Shown: positions 24,286 to 36,960 of the stretch, one piece after another
How the letters are laid out: each line of letters opens with the position of its first letter
How positions within the stretch are numbered: position 1 is the stretch's first letter
Origin: Octopus bimaculoides
Taxonomy: Eukaryota
Assembly: GCF_001194135.2 (NCBI RefSeq)
Contig: NC_068991.1
Location: 36,914,444-36,978,443, forward strand
Length of the DNA: 64,000 nt
Direction of reading: 5' to 3'
The notes under the pieces: generated by a model
Seen by the model: the letters and a program-made list of their open reading frames with translations, nothing else
Database searches by the model: none
What the model was told of the DNA's origin: nothing
Position numbers and translations under genes: made by a program

Positions 24286-25075
24286 TAACCAAGACTGAAT
24301 AAACTTTAACAAACTACATTCACAAACAACTATTCACACAAAAACTCATTCTACTGCTTGAATTTATACAACTAACAACCGAAACTTTGGACACAATCAT
24401 GTCTGCTAAACTGACAGATCCTATATGTATATAAGTGTTGAATGATTAGAAAAATGATTGTTAGTAATTAAATTTGATGCCTGCATATATAGACACAAAC
24501 CACAACTATTAAACCACTAGGCTACATAAAACAACTCCTGTTCACTATACTACTCGGCAGATTAAATTTAGAGAACCTTATTTTGGGACTGTCACTAGAC
24601 ATGTTCATTCAACCGTGCCAGCATTGATCTTCGGCGCCAAAAATAGTCACATATTGACGAACAAGCGTAATGGTGAATCTACAAAAATTTCGTCATTAGA
24701 TATGTTCGCTCAACCGTGACAGCTTTTAACTAATGCACAAAGCACATTGTCACATGACATTAAAAAGTGGACCTAAAGGAGAACTTTAAAAAATCTCGAA
24801 ACCTGATCACGTGATCATCTTCGGCTAATCAAAACTTATCCAAAACATACTAAATTGAGCTATTTTCTCTCTATAAAACAAGACAATTTTTGAATTCCAA
24901 TCAGAAGCAGGGCAGTTGCAGCTTAGCTCCACATCTTTCTATCTCAACTTTCGAAAATCAGAGAAATCTGTGGGACCGGTTAAGTCTTTAAAAATTTTAA
25001 ATCTAAACTAATCCCAGTGCATTTTCAATTTCTTTTTTATATATTTCTACTCGAGTGAAATAAAACTTTATTTCA

Positions 25076-25108
<33 letters not shown>

Positions 25109-26059
25109 NNNNNNNNNNNNNNNNNNNNNNNNNNNNNNNNNNNNNNNNNNNNNNNNNNNNNNNNNNNNNNNNNNNNNNNNNNNNNNNNNNNNNNNNNNNN
25201 NNNNNNNNNNNNNNNNNNNNNNNNNNNNNNNNNNNNNNNNNNNNNNNNNNNNNNNNNNNNNNNNNNNNNNNNNNNNNNNNNNNNNNNNNNNNNNNNNNNN
25301 NNNNNNNNNNNNNNNNNNNNNNNNNNNNNNNNNNNNNNNNNNNNNNNNNNNNNNNNNNNNNNNNNNNNNNNNNNNNNNNNNNNNNNNNNNNNNNNNNNNN
25401 NNNNNNNNNNNNNNNNNNNNNNNNNNNNNNNNNNNNNNNNNNNNNNNNNNNNNNNNNNNNNNNNNNNNNNNNNNNNNNNNNNNNNNNNNNNNNNNNNNNN
25501 NNNNNNNNNNNNNNNNNNNNNNNNNNNNNNNNNNNNNNNNNNNNNNNNNNNNNNNNNNNNNNNNNNNNNNNNNNNNNNNNNNNNNNNNNNNNNNNNNNNN
25601 NNNNNNNNNNNNNNNNNNNNNNNNNNNNNNNNNNNNNNNNNNNNNNNNNNNNNNNNNNNNNNNNNNNNNNNNNNNNNNNNNNNNNNNNNNNNNNNNNNNN
25701 NNNNNNNNNNNNNNNNNNNNNNNNNNNNNNNNNNNNNNNNNNNNNNNNNNNNNNNNNNNNNNNNNNNNNNNNNNNNNNNNNNNNNNNNNNNNNNNNNNNN
25801 NNNNNNNNNNNNNNNNNNNNNNNNNNNNNNNNNNNNNNNNNNNNNNNNNNNNNNNNNNNNNNNNNNNNNNNNNNNNNNNNNNNNNNNNNNNNNNNNNNNN
25901 NNNNNNNNNNNNNNNNNNNNNNNNNNNNNNNNNNNNNNNNNNNNNNNNNNNNNNNNNNNNNNNNNNNNNNNNNNNNNNNNNNNNNNNNNNNNNNNNNNNN
26001 NNNNNNNNNNNNNNNNNNNNNNNNNNNNNNTATATTATTTATTTAAAGGTCACAATACA

Positions 26060-27120
26060 TGTATTTAAGCGCTACTAATAATTTCATATATTGACAAAAC
26101 TCAAACACAGTCTTCAGGCGTAAACCACATATCATAACGAACTAAAGAAATTGAATAATAGAAAAAACGCGAAAAAACTGAGAAGGCAGCATATAGAAAA
26201 CGCAGACAGTAAACAACTGAAAACGAAAACAAAAAACAAGCTAAAATTTTAAAAAATAAAAAGTAAAAAGGTAAATGAGCTATCCTCCTTAGACCTTAAA
26301 TAATAAGGCTAGAAAGATGTGAAGTCAGTCAGAAATAGACGAAATTTTCCAATTCTTCAGAATATATCTATACATATGCATGCAACTGCTGAAAATTTCT
26401 GACCTGGAGTTCAATAGAGAGTTAAGGATTTTAGATATGAACAGTATCTAGGCTCTTTCAGCCAAACGAAGTTTACATTTATTCGATTCATTCACATAAG
26501 GTATGGACTTCTCAATTACTTTCCATTTAATCACAAGTGCTGTTTCGTCATCTTTCAAAGTCCATATGTAACTAGCCAACTTAGTAGCTTTACTTTTGTC
26601 CCTATGTCAGAAGGAGGCTATGTGATTGGCAAAGCGATTTTTAAATTCTCCTTCACATAATCCAATATAGGTCTTCTTATCAGTTGTATTATTATTTAAG
26701 GTTGCAGTAGCTTCTGCCTCATATGCGATAATCATACACCGTTGGTCAAATGGACAAGACCCTAGGTCGCGACAGTTGTAACTGGATTCAAGCTCTTGGA
26801 TTGACCACGTGTAATGATACTCTTCATATTGGGGCATCAGCTATATGATAATTTCACAGAACGCCTATTAAGTATTTTCCTGTATCTGCGAGGGGCTGGA
26901 AAGTATTTGTCTAGAAGAGACAGGAATCTTTTACCAATATTAGTTTTTAGGTAAAAGGAAAAGGGAGGGGCGAACCAAATAATTTTCCTAGGGATATTTT
27001 TAGGCTTCTTATTATCTTGCTTAATACTAGAGTGGTTATGTAATACTTTATTTTTTATGCCACTAGATCTATTATTAATATCTTGATTATTATTAGATGG
27101 ATTATATGTTAATTTATTTT
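26060..27120 (-). mobile_element. Penelope-like element (PLE) 3' part: Cys-rich linker plus GIY-YIG endonuclease pseudogene and 3' UTR
   Basis: YNCRDLGSCPFDQRC..AYEAE..KTYIGLCEGEFKNRFANHIASF*HRDKSKATKLASYIWTLK..IKWKVI..NKCKLRLAE..LLNSRSEIFSSCMH. Confidence 0.9.
26064..26124 (-). ncRNA. Degenerate type I hammerhead-ribozyme-like motif in the PLE 3' UTR
   Basis: Minus strand TTTACGC-CTGAAGA-[stem II with GU pairs]-GAAA-TTATTAG-TA-GCG-CT-TAAA. Stem I pairs with a 2-nt bulge; the stem II closing pair and stem III are imperfect. Confidence 0.5.
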
Positions 27121-27130
27121 AGTGGCTTCA

Positions 27131-27403
27131 AAGATAAATTAACATATAATCCCTCTAATCATAATCAAAATATTAATAATAGATCTAATGGCATAAAAAA
27201 TAAAGTATTACATAACCATACTAGTATTAAGCAAGATAATAAGAAACCTAAAAATAGGCCAAGGAAAAATTATTTGGTTCGCTCCTTCCTTTTTACTTAA
27301 TATAAAAACTAATATTGGTAAAAGACTCCTGTCTCTTCTAGGACAACCACTTTCCAGCCACTAACAGATACAAGAAAATATTCAATAGGCGTCCTGTGAA
27401 ATT
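27131..27403 (+). mobile_element. Inverted duplicate of the PLE RT-EN linker (fold-back arm)
   Basis: Reverse complement of 26850-27120 across a 10-nt spacer; with frameshifts it encodes RPRKIIWFAPSF...KTNIGKRLLSLL..HFPATNRYKKIFNRR. Confidence 0.88.
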
Positions 27404-27845
27404 GTATATATATATATATATACATATATNNNNNNNNNNNNNNNNNNNNNNNNNNNNNNNNNNNNNNNNNNNNNNNNNNNNNNNNNNNNNNNNNNNNNNN
27501 NNNNNNNNNNNNNNNNNNNNNNNNNNNNNNNNNNNNNNNNNNNNNNNNNNNNNNNNNNNNNNNNNNNNNNNNNNNNNNNNNNNNNNNNNNNNNNNNNNNN
27601 NNNNNNNNNNNNNNNNNNNNNGAACCAGCAAGGGGAAGCTACTGACCTCCCCTGTTCGAAGGTTGTAATGGATAAAGGTTCGTGTGTCATATAGCTAGCT
27701 AGAGGCGATGGCCTCTTGGAACCAATCAACGGCAGCATTCGTCTTATTTTCCTGGACTGCCATGTTAGTTTTCAATAACTATTAATATCCATTACTGTTG
27801 CCCTGTTGCCGTAGTCTCCTTTAGAGATATTTAATAATATTAATA

Positions 27846-29070
27846 TCACGTCATCCCTTAGGTTCTGTCCGAATTTTTAACAAAGAAAACAAGTGATCAA
27901 ATGTAATATTTAATTGAAATTTAATCATTAATGTACTTTCCCTGATTATCTATAACTTCCTTCCATCTATTTATAAGCTTTTTAATCCCATCAATGTAAA
28001 ACTCTTTTTATTTCAAAGCGAAGAACTCTGAAATGTCAGTTTCGACCTACTCTTGACTTGCGAAAGTTATGTCCCCCAAATGATTTTGTAAACTACGAAA
28101 CAACTGGTAGTCTGAAGGAGCAAGGTCGGGAGAATAATGTGGATGAGGATTTTTTCCCAAGCTCTTCGATCTTCTGTGATATGATCTTCGCAGTGTGGGG
28201 TCGCACATTGTCCTGATGAAACAACACTCCTTTTCGATTCACTAAAGCGGGTCTATTATTTCTTCAAAGCTTGGTTCAAACGCTCTAATTGCTGACATTA
28301 GACTTGAGCATTGATTGTTGCATTAGGTGGTAACAATTCAAAGTGAATTACTCCTTTGCAATCCCACCAGATAGAGAGAAGAACCTTTTTTCCATGAAGT
28401 TCACTTCTCGGATGTGGTTGAGCTTTTTCCCTTTTACCAAGCCACTATTTACGACGTTTAACATTTCGATAGAAGATCCATTTTTCGTCACCAGTCACAA
28501 ATCTATCCAAACAGGATGAAATGAGTTCGCGATAATGGAGAGAAGAGCAGAAGTCAACTCGGGATTGCAGTTGCTTTCGGACAATTCATGAGGCACTCAT
28601 TTTCCAACTTTAGGAACCTTTCCAAGTTGTTGAAGATGATGATGGACAGTTGTATGGTTTGAACTAAGCTTTATTGCCAATTCTTCAACTGATAATGCAG
28701 GATTTTCTTCAAGTAATGCCTCAAGGAGCTTATCATCAAACTCAACTGGACATTCTGTTTGATCTTCACCTTCAAGGCTGAAATATCCACTTCTGAATTT
28801 TGCAAATCTTCTTCTGCAAGTTCTTTCATTCAAGCATTCTTTTTCCTATAAACTGAGTGTATGTTTCGAGTCGCTTCGGCTGCAGAGTTTCCTTTTTTGT
28901 ACTCATAAAGCATTATGTGCCTCAAATGCTCTTTGGATACTTCCATGTTAGAGAGGGTTTTAATCAAAGAAATTTTAATTCTATTATTTCGTAAAATAAT
29001 ATTTAATTAGTTTAAATGTACACAAATGCGTAAAAATAATTTTAAATTCCATTAGACATTCTAAAATACT
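27846..29070 (-). mobile_element. Mariner (DD34D) transposon, pseudogenised; only one TIR evident
   Basis: Transposase 28946 to 27921 with stops and frameshifts: MEVSKEHLRHIMLYE, *VPHEL, VTGDEKW, HQDN.RPH, YSPDLAPSDY. TIR-like TCACGTCATCCCTTAGGTTCTGTCCG after TA at 27844-27845. Confidence 0.88.
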
Positions 29071-30265
29071 ATTAAATTTTATTCAATTTATGTTATGTTC
29101 ACCAATAATGTTTGTATCCAATATGACTTATCGGTATTCTCAGTTTGTTCTTTTTCTAATAGCATCAGCTCCTTCTTAGATAAACTTTCTTTCTGCAACA
29201 CTAGCAACCCAATAACATCATTTCCTATGTTAGACTTTCTATTCCTTACAGAAATTAAAATTATTCGTCATTGGTTTTCCTTTATGGTAGCTAAACTGGC
29301 CTTAAGTAGGTTTTTCGCACTCATTGGAGTGACGTTCCGTCATGAGGCCAAACATCAAGGCACCAATTTAATCGACTCCTTTACTTGACTGGTAACTTAT
29401 AGCATCGATTACAGAAAGATAAAAGGCAAAAGGTGGTAACTAAATACCATATATTATAAAGTGCTCTGCTAGTTTGAAGATATCTAAAAACTTACTGTAA
29501 CTATATTCTCTGCCCCTTCCAGACTGCTATCCTGTCGAAAGAGATACAAAAATATGTAAACTACGAGTGAAGACCAAGAGAGAAGTTTAACACGGAGTAT
29601 TAAGAGAGAAGACTAAGAGAGAAGAATAAGAAGTGGAGAACTTCAACACTTTAATGGCTTCTTAAATTATCACCGAATACTGTTTTCAATTAATTATCAA
29701 GTTTGTTTCTTTTTATTTCTAACTTAGTGGAACCCACACGTCTATATTACATAGACTTCAAATCATAGACTTCAAGAAATTACGGTGAGAAATAGTTTCG
29801 ACCAATATTCAAATCTATATTACAACCTTCCGGCTTGTTTTGACTCATCCGATAATACTCAGAACTGGCAGAGTAAATAAGAGAAATTATCACAAAATGT
29901 TATATAATTCATACTTAATGTTTCGTAATTCGAACAGAAAAACTTTTAGATTCCAATCAAAATGTTCACTTCTAAGGTAAACACACTTGACTGGCGCCAC
30001 CAGTCATTAAGTCATCAGCGAATTCTTCGCTTTGCCTTGAGGAGATCTGCTTATTCTTGGCAGTAACCAATTCCTTTCTTTTGGCAACAATAACACTTAG
30101 AAGGTGTAGACTGAGTGGAGCGGGGGAAACTGTGGTGTACCAACATTTACGTATGTCCTATGTTTCAAGTTCAAATTTCAGCAGGGTCGATTATGCGTTT
30201 GATTTCACTGAATTCCAATACTGCGGTTAATTCAGTCGGCCATCCCAAACTAAAAGCTATTGATA

Positions 30266-30485
30266 ATAATAATCCTTTCTACTAAAGGCTCAAGACCTGA
30301 AATTTTAGGGGAGGAGACTAGACGATCACGTCGATCCCAGTATTTCACTGGTACTTCATTTATCGACCTCGAAAGGATGAAAAGCAAAGTCGACCTCAGC
30401 GGAATTTGAACTCAAAACATTAAGACAGGTGAAATGCCGCTAAGCATTTTGCCCGGCGTGCTAACGATTCTGCCAGCTCACAGCC
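30266..30485 (-). mobile_element. SINE family A, full length
   Basis: Tail AATAATAATCCTTTCTACT through head CCAGCTCACAGCC. Confidence 0.92.
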
Positions 30486-30490
30486 TTGGT

Positions 30491-30613
<123 letters not shown>

Positions 30614-30639
30614 AGGTAAGTTTACAGCGACGTGTCCAA

Positions 30640-31245
30640 ATATTGGATCTAATTTACTCTAATGATGCTGCTAATGTTGAACCCTTATTACGCCAGAAGT
30701 AAATTACACTCCTAATCTATCTCGAAAGTCTTAAACATATCTGCTTCGTGCCCAGCTGAAACTATTGATTTCACATTGAAGTAGTCATTGTGGCAGAGCC
30801 TCAGTATGAACACGTCGACAGTGTAACCCCTAGGTTTACTATAGAAAAGGACATTTGGTAGGTGGCACATTATACATGCCTCGTTGAGTTCAATTAATCA
30901 TGTTGATGATAAACCGCACAAAACTGAAACACCTAGTAAATTAAATTAATCCTGCGTAATATGCGAATTTTTAGATCCCCAGTAAATGTAATTTGGCGGT
31001 TAATTGAGCCATTTAATTTAAATGTAGCTTCGTCACCCCCAAACAATCTTTGTTACAAAGCATACACCTACACATCTTACGAAGTACCATTTGCGAAACT
31101 TTACTCTTCGGTTCGGATCATCTTCGTTGACAGCATGCGTTATTCTTGGAAGGTAACTTTTCCAGTGACACATTTCAAAATGCGGCAGATGCTTGATTTT
31201 AAAATTCCTAGCTCGCGATTCACTTGCTGCAGATGTGAGATAGGA
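30640..31245 (-). mobile_element. Degenerate Tc1/mariner-superfamily transposase (DUF4817-type family)
   Basis: Minus strand RELGILKSSICRILK / WKSYLPRITHAVNEDDPNRRVKFRKW...KIVWGDEATFKLNGSINR / YWGSKNSH. Plus-strand ORF 30961-31398 is largely its antisense. Confidence 0.75.
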
Positions 31246-31394
31246 CTATACACATGTGCGGATTTATACACACACATTACACACAGACACACACACACGC
31301 GCGCGCGAAATCAATTACGTTTTATGTTAATAGTAGTATCAATATTTCTATTTCCATGTGTATTTTATTCATATTCTTTTAGTCTTTTATTCTT

Positions 31395-31765
31395 TTAATT
31401 GTTTCAGTCATTTGACTGCGGCCGTGCTGGAGCACCGCCTTTAGTCGAACAAATCGACCCCAGGACTTATTCTTCGTAAGCCTGGTACTTATTCTATCAT
31501 TCCCTTTTGCTGAACTGCTAAGTCACAGTGACGTAAACACACCAACATCGATTGTCGAGCGATGGTGGGGGAGACTAACACGGACAACACAAAAATTTGC
31601 ACACGCGCGCACACACACATATGTACGACGGACTTCTTTTAGTTTCCGCCTACCAAATCCACTCACAAGGCTTTGGTCGGCCCGAGGCTATAGTAGAAAA
31701 CACTTGCCCAAGGTGCCACTCAGTGGGACTGAACCCACAACCATGTGGTTGGGAAGCAAGCTTCT
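31395..31765 (-). mobile_element. tRNA-derived SINE family C (internal CA/TA microsatellite)
   Basis: Minus-strand head GGTTGGTAAGAAGCTTGCTTCCCAACCACATGGTTGTGGGTTCAGTCCC (B-box); body shared with 34675-34975 and 63680-64000. Confidence 0.9.
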
Positions 31766-32289
31766 TACCAACCGTAATATGTACTATGCTCTACTAACAA
31801 ATGTTTCTACAAAATGTAAAGAAACAGAGAATATATATTAAGAAATAACTCGGTAATTTAATGTTACTGGACACACATTGTCCATTTACGAAAACGTTAT
31901 ACGATTCTCCAATAATGTTTACATTATGTCTCATTGATANNNNNNNNNNNNNNNNNNNNNNNNNNNNNNNNNNNNNNNNNNNNNNNNNNNNNNNNNNNNN
32001 NNNNNNNNNNNNNNNNNNNNNNNNNNNNNNNNNNNNNNNNNNNNNNNNNNNNNNNNNNNNNNNNNNNNNNNNNNNNNNNNNNNNNNNNNNNNNNNNNNNN
32101 NNNNNNNNNNNNNNNNNNNNNNNNNNNNNNNNNNNNNNNNNNNNNNNNNNNNNNNNNNNNNNNNNNNNNNNNNNNNNNNNNNNNNNNNNNNNNNNNNNNN
32201 NNNNNNNNNNNNNNNNNNNNNNNNNNNNNNNNNNNNNATATATATATACGACGATTATAAAATACAGTATTATAGATTCATTTCATCCG

Positions 32290-33145
32290 ATTTAGCCAAT
32301 CGCTTTTGCACACAAGAGTGTGGAAAAATACTAACACTCGTTAGAAGTGCTTGAAGGAAGAGTATGATGAGTGCTGTTTACCATGGGCAGTCGGAAAATG
32401 TCAGATCCAGTTTGTAGGCTTTGTGTAAAAAATTAAAGGAAAAACGTTCAGAGGGGAATTTCTTCTAGAAAGGATCGGAGTGCCTTCATGAAATAAGAGT
32501 AAATACCTACAGAGTGGGGTTGGGGCTGGGGTAAGAGCGAGATGGAGTTGATCTGTGTGCAAGTAGGAGCGGAAAGTTCGTATACAGTCTGCACGTATCT
32601 AAATACGTGTTTCTCATCATGATGGTAGGATCGGAAAAACTCACTTTTAGAATTTAGGTAGGTGTCCGGTGGAAGAGTGTTGTATTCTATAATTCTCCGT
32701 CAAGCAAAGCCTGCAACTCTTATTGCTATTGAAGCATGGCTTGCACCTCTTTAGCACTCTCCACTGGATGTTGTCATCCTTGCCACTTTCTGTCAACGAC
32801 CTTATATACCTAGTAAAAAACATTTAGCTTCTCCTGGATATTAAAGAAGGACTTGCAGTTGTTAAATCTGGTCCTGAAAGAAACTTCTGTCGCGTCCTCA
32901 TATTTCCTCATGTCTATCTATTTACTGGGATCTTTTGACAGAGGACACTGCAAGAAACCATAATCGATCTGGTCATATGTATGAAATGGAAACTATTTTT
33001 CTTCGACCAAATACACCTCCCGCGGAGTCGAGCACTTCTGTCTAAGGAATTTCCCCCATAGGATCAAGGAACTAGAATCCTTTCGCAACTACCTCTTGCT
33101 AAGGGGACACAGTATGAACCACACCGGGTTCTTGGACAGGTGTAA
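32290..33145 (-). mobile_element. Second PLE remnant (linker plus GIY-YIG, degenerate)
   Basis: Minus strand KNPVWF..., ATEVSFRTRFNNCKSFF, RYIRSLTESGKDDNIQWRVLKRCKPCFNSNKSCRLCLTE, LNSKSEFF. Confidence 0.8.
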
Positions 33146-33367
33146 ATATAAACATATACATAAACACACGCACATACATATACATACACACATACATGCA
33201 CACAGATATACACACGGACTCATTTGTACTTACTCTAAGCCACTGGTATTGTTGAATCCGAGGTTGCAGTAGTGATGTCCTTCCCCTGGGTAATTCAGAG
33301 CAGGAACACTCGAAAACACAGGGCTACGTTTCACCCTGTGTGTGTGTCTACATATGTATGTATGTGT

Positions 33368-33416
<49 letters not shown>

Positions 33417-33999
33417 CGCGCATGCGTGCGCGCATGCGTGCGTAAGTGAGTTTGTATGTTTAAACGCTTTTAGAATATTGCGGGATTGAGAAAATGTAAA
33501 TTTCGTTATACCTGTCAGAATTTGTTTATATTTTTGATTTTGAAGTGTAAGCCTGTTGCCTTTGACAAAGGAGGTAAGTGATACTTGATGAAGGACGAAA
33601 ATGAGGTATGCTATACTGAATGACGGACGAAACAAGTTAGTTCGATCATCGCTCCAAGCTACGAAGCTTCTGCAACTTTTCCACGATGTTTATTTTCACT
33701 GCATAACTAAATTTATGGCAGTTAAATATATTGTATATTATTTCTCTATACATAATTACATAATCACACACACACACACATATATACGTATGTATGTATG
33801 TGTGTGTATATATATAAAATAACAAACTAAGGAAATTCACTGGTACCTCAGTTGAATACCACACAAATATGGCTATTACGCAAATTACAAACAATAGATT
33901 AAATAGGGAGATTCAATTGACAATCCAATAATTTATTTACATTATAATCTAATATACTATGAATATAATATAATGTAAGGTAACATTAAAAATTATTAA

Positions 34000-34660
34000 A
34001 AAAACCAAAAGAGCCAAGAATTTGTTTCGACTTATATACATTATTTGATTTATAAACAATTCAGTTCACTTATATAAGTCTCTTCAGAGCTTTGGTTTAA
34101 AGACAGACGAAATTCCGCGTGAAAGGACGGCTGGATTGTAAAAAAATTTAAAATGTGAGCGTTAACTTTTCAACTACATAAGAATTACGATTTAAAAAGA
34201 AAAAACAAAATAATTAAGTAAATAGAATCTACAACTATTGAAACATATTTCTCTATATCTCAAATAATATTAATCCAAATTCGTTTAGGCCGAAGACAAT
34301 CTTTGGCTATTATAATAACATACAACAACAATATATAGGTATATAAATTAAGTATCAGGGTATTACTTAATCTAGGGATTGTAATAAAACGTGTAAATAA
34401 ATATAAATGATAATATACTATTATATTGGTAATATATAACAACTCTTCTCTTTTATTTAAAGCTACTGATATTAAAAAATTGTTTCAAGTAACTAACAGA
34501 AGAAAATGTTCTTTATTTATTTAGTTTATCGGAGGGAAAATTCCGTAATAAATATGAATATAAACTGAGCGCTACAATAACTACATATAAAGAATATGTG
34601 GTGTTTAGTTCACTGATGATCTAAACCAATAGGTACGCTGCGTTTGTGCTATAAGTGGTA
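34000..34660 (-). mobile_element. Third PLE 3'-end remnant (AT-rich)
   Basis: Minus strand EHFLL....ALNKREEL (~34440-34520, cf. PLE C-terminal LNKRSEL), followed ~340 nt downstream by a hammerhead-like motif. Confidence 0.5.
34002..34098 (-). ncRNA. Type I hammerhead-ribozyme-like motif
   Basis: Minus strand AAACCAAAGCT-CTGAAGA-GACTTATATA...TATATAAGTC-GAAA-CAAATTCTT-GGCT-CTT-TTGGTTT. Perfect 10-bp stem II with G-C closing pair; bulged 11-bp stem I; stem III and cleavage triplet imperfect. Confidence 0.65.
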
Positions 34661-34674
34661 ATTTGTTAAGTTCC

Positions 34675-34772
34675 AATTTAACAACTGACGCTAGAGATCC
34701 GAAGTTGCTGGGGCATAAACACAGCAATACCGGTTCTCAAGCGATGATGGGGGAACAAAGACATACACACTG

Positions 34773-34807
<35 letters not shown>

Positions 34808-34972
34808 TACGCACACACGCGCGCGCGCACGCACACACACACACACAGTTTTCTCAAGGCTCTGGTCGGCCCGAAGCTATAGTAGAAGACACTTACTGTA
34901 GGTGTCACGCAGTGGGACTGAACGCGGACCCATGTGTTTCGGAAGCAACTTCTTAACACAGCTACGCCTGCA

Positions 34973-34975
<3 letters not shown>
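34675..34975 (-). mobile_element. SINE family C, partial
   Basis: CAAGGCTCTGGTCGGCCCGAAGCTATAGTAGAAGACAC...GGGACTGAAC...CACAGCTACGCC. Confidence 0.85.
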
Positions 34976-35009
<34 letters not shown>

Positions 35010-35335
35010 NNNNNNNNNNNNNNNNNNNNNNNNNNNNNNNNNNNNNNNNNNNNNNNNNNNNNNNNNNNNNNNNNNNNNNNNNNNNNNNNNNNNNNNNNNN
35101 NNNNNNNNNNNNNNNNNNNNNNNNNNNNNNNNNAAAATAATTACATATATATATAATTAGGAAAAATATATATATACATATAAATACACACACATATATA
35201 CACGTATATGTATATAATTTATGAGTGTATATATATATATATATATGCGTGTGTGTGTGTCTATACACACACACATTACATTTATACATACGTGCGTGTT
35301 TTGATGTGTGCATGTGTGTCTGTGTCTAAGTATGC

Positions 35336-35385
<50 letters not shown>

Positions 35386-36599
35386 TTGCAGACATATGTA
35401 CAAGAAGTTTTTAAGTGTTATGCTCGGTTTGCACACTTCTTCGGATTAATAGTTTATTCGGAATTTAAGCGTAGCTTAATATCTGTAAAAACAGGCTGGT
35501 GTGAAGCTAGCCGACACTGCGGCGTCAGAGTATGTTTTAATGCCTGTTAAGAGAACTCATCAAAACCTTTTTTCCTTTTTTTTTCATCCTGTAAGCAAAT
35601 AATAATAATAATTTATAATGGCAACTATTTACATATGAGATTCGGGTAGACAGCTTAAATGATGAAAGTTGAGGTTAATCATCTCCCACATAACAACATT
35701 TTATGCGATAAATACCAGTTTAAACGATGCATTAATATAACATCTAATTGATGGTACTACAGTGTTTATTTATTTATAACACTTGTAGATGGTGGAGCAG
35801 CCTCATTGCTCAGAAACCCACACAGATACAGACATATAAGCGCGCACACACAGCTTTCTGCATTGATGTAGGTCTCCTTCGATCAAGAAGGTCTTGATTT
35901 TTGGAAATCGGTTCTCGTTGATCTTGATTTCATTCGGATTTGTGTTTTTGTATATCTATAGAAGTTATTACGTAAGATTTATTTAATAGAATTTGATGAA
36001 CAATGTCGGCTACGTAAAAATAATAATTATGTCCGACTTTCGGACGGAGATATGGTTTCAATGAGCTGTACTTACCTCCGGTTTTATGGTGGTTAAATGG
36101 GTAGGAGATAAATCCTCACCTGCTGGCTAAGACGCTGGTGTTCTTCAGGTGATAGCATTCACAGAAAATATGGTATATATTCCGGACAGGTAGATAAACT
36201 GAAGCTATATAGAATTAAAACGTGCTGTCCAGATATTTAAGAAAAGAACTATAGTAAATTTAATACAGACAATTTAATTTAAATCCTACATATGATTTTT
36301 CTACAAATTATTTGTTATGGGACCTTCAATATGTATATTTGACTATTTGAACTCGATTTTGTAGTAACCGTTTAAAAAGGCAAGCAGTAACATGGATATT
36401 TTGCGTAATGTTATGGAAATAAGTGTTTGAAATGATCTGCTCATTGCATCACAGACTTAGCACAGCTGGACAAATTAACAATAAGTTCATCACCAGATAT
36501 AAACGATAACGCAAAATTGTTTTGTTGCTGCTGCCCCCGACTCTACTGCAGATTCTATAATAATATTAGCAATAACAACAACAACAATAATAATGATAA

Positions 36600-36803
36600 T
36601 GTTTTCATAAGGGCAGCCATTTGGGGAGAGGGGATAAGTCTATTACATTGACGCCAGTGGTTCACCGGTACTTAATTTATCGACCACGAAAGGATGAAAG
36701 GCAAAGTCAACCTCGGCAGAATTTGAACTCAGAACATAAAGACAGACGAAATACCGCTAAACATTTCGCCCGTCGCGCTAACTGTTCTGCCAATTCGCCG
36801 CCT
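36600..36803 (-). mobile_element. SINE family A
   Basis: Reverse consensus through head CCAATTCGCCGCCTT. Confidence 0.88.
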
Positions 36804-36824
36804 TAAATAATAACAGTAATAATC

Positions 36825-36960
36825 ATGATTCCAAATTTTCGCACAGGGCCAACAGTTTTTTGAGGGGAAAGATAAGTCAAATACATCAACCACCAGTTCT
36901 TGGTGTGGTACTTATTTTATCGACCCCGAGAGAACGAACGGCAAAGTTGACCTCAGAAAG
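36825..36960 (-). mobile_element. SINE family A, 5'-truncated, abutting a (GAT/GAC)n tract at 36960-37065
   Basis: TATCGACCCCGAGAGAACGAACGGCAAAGTTGACCTCAG. Confidence 0.8.

Noticed and set aside
29985-30020. Minus-strand CTGATGA plus TGACTGG/CCAGTCA stem
   Set aside because: Second half of the hammerhead core is absent.
30961-31398. 145-aa plus-strand ORF with an apparent exon (TAG...AAG/GTAACT)
   Set aside because: It is the antisense of a Tc1/mariner transposase remnant; a caution for exon calls elsewhere in this window.
36076-36126. Minus-strand micro-exon with a perfect GAG/GTAAGT donor (PAGEDLSPTHLTTIKPE)
   Set aside because: The acceptor lacks a polypyrimidine tract and it cannot be linked confidently to the other candidate exons.
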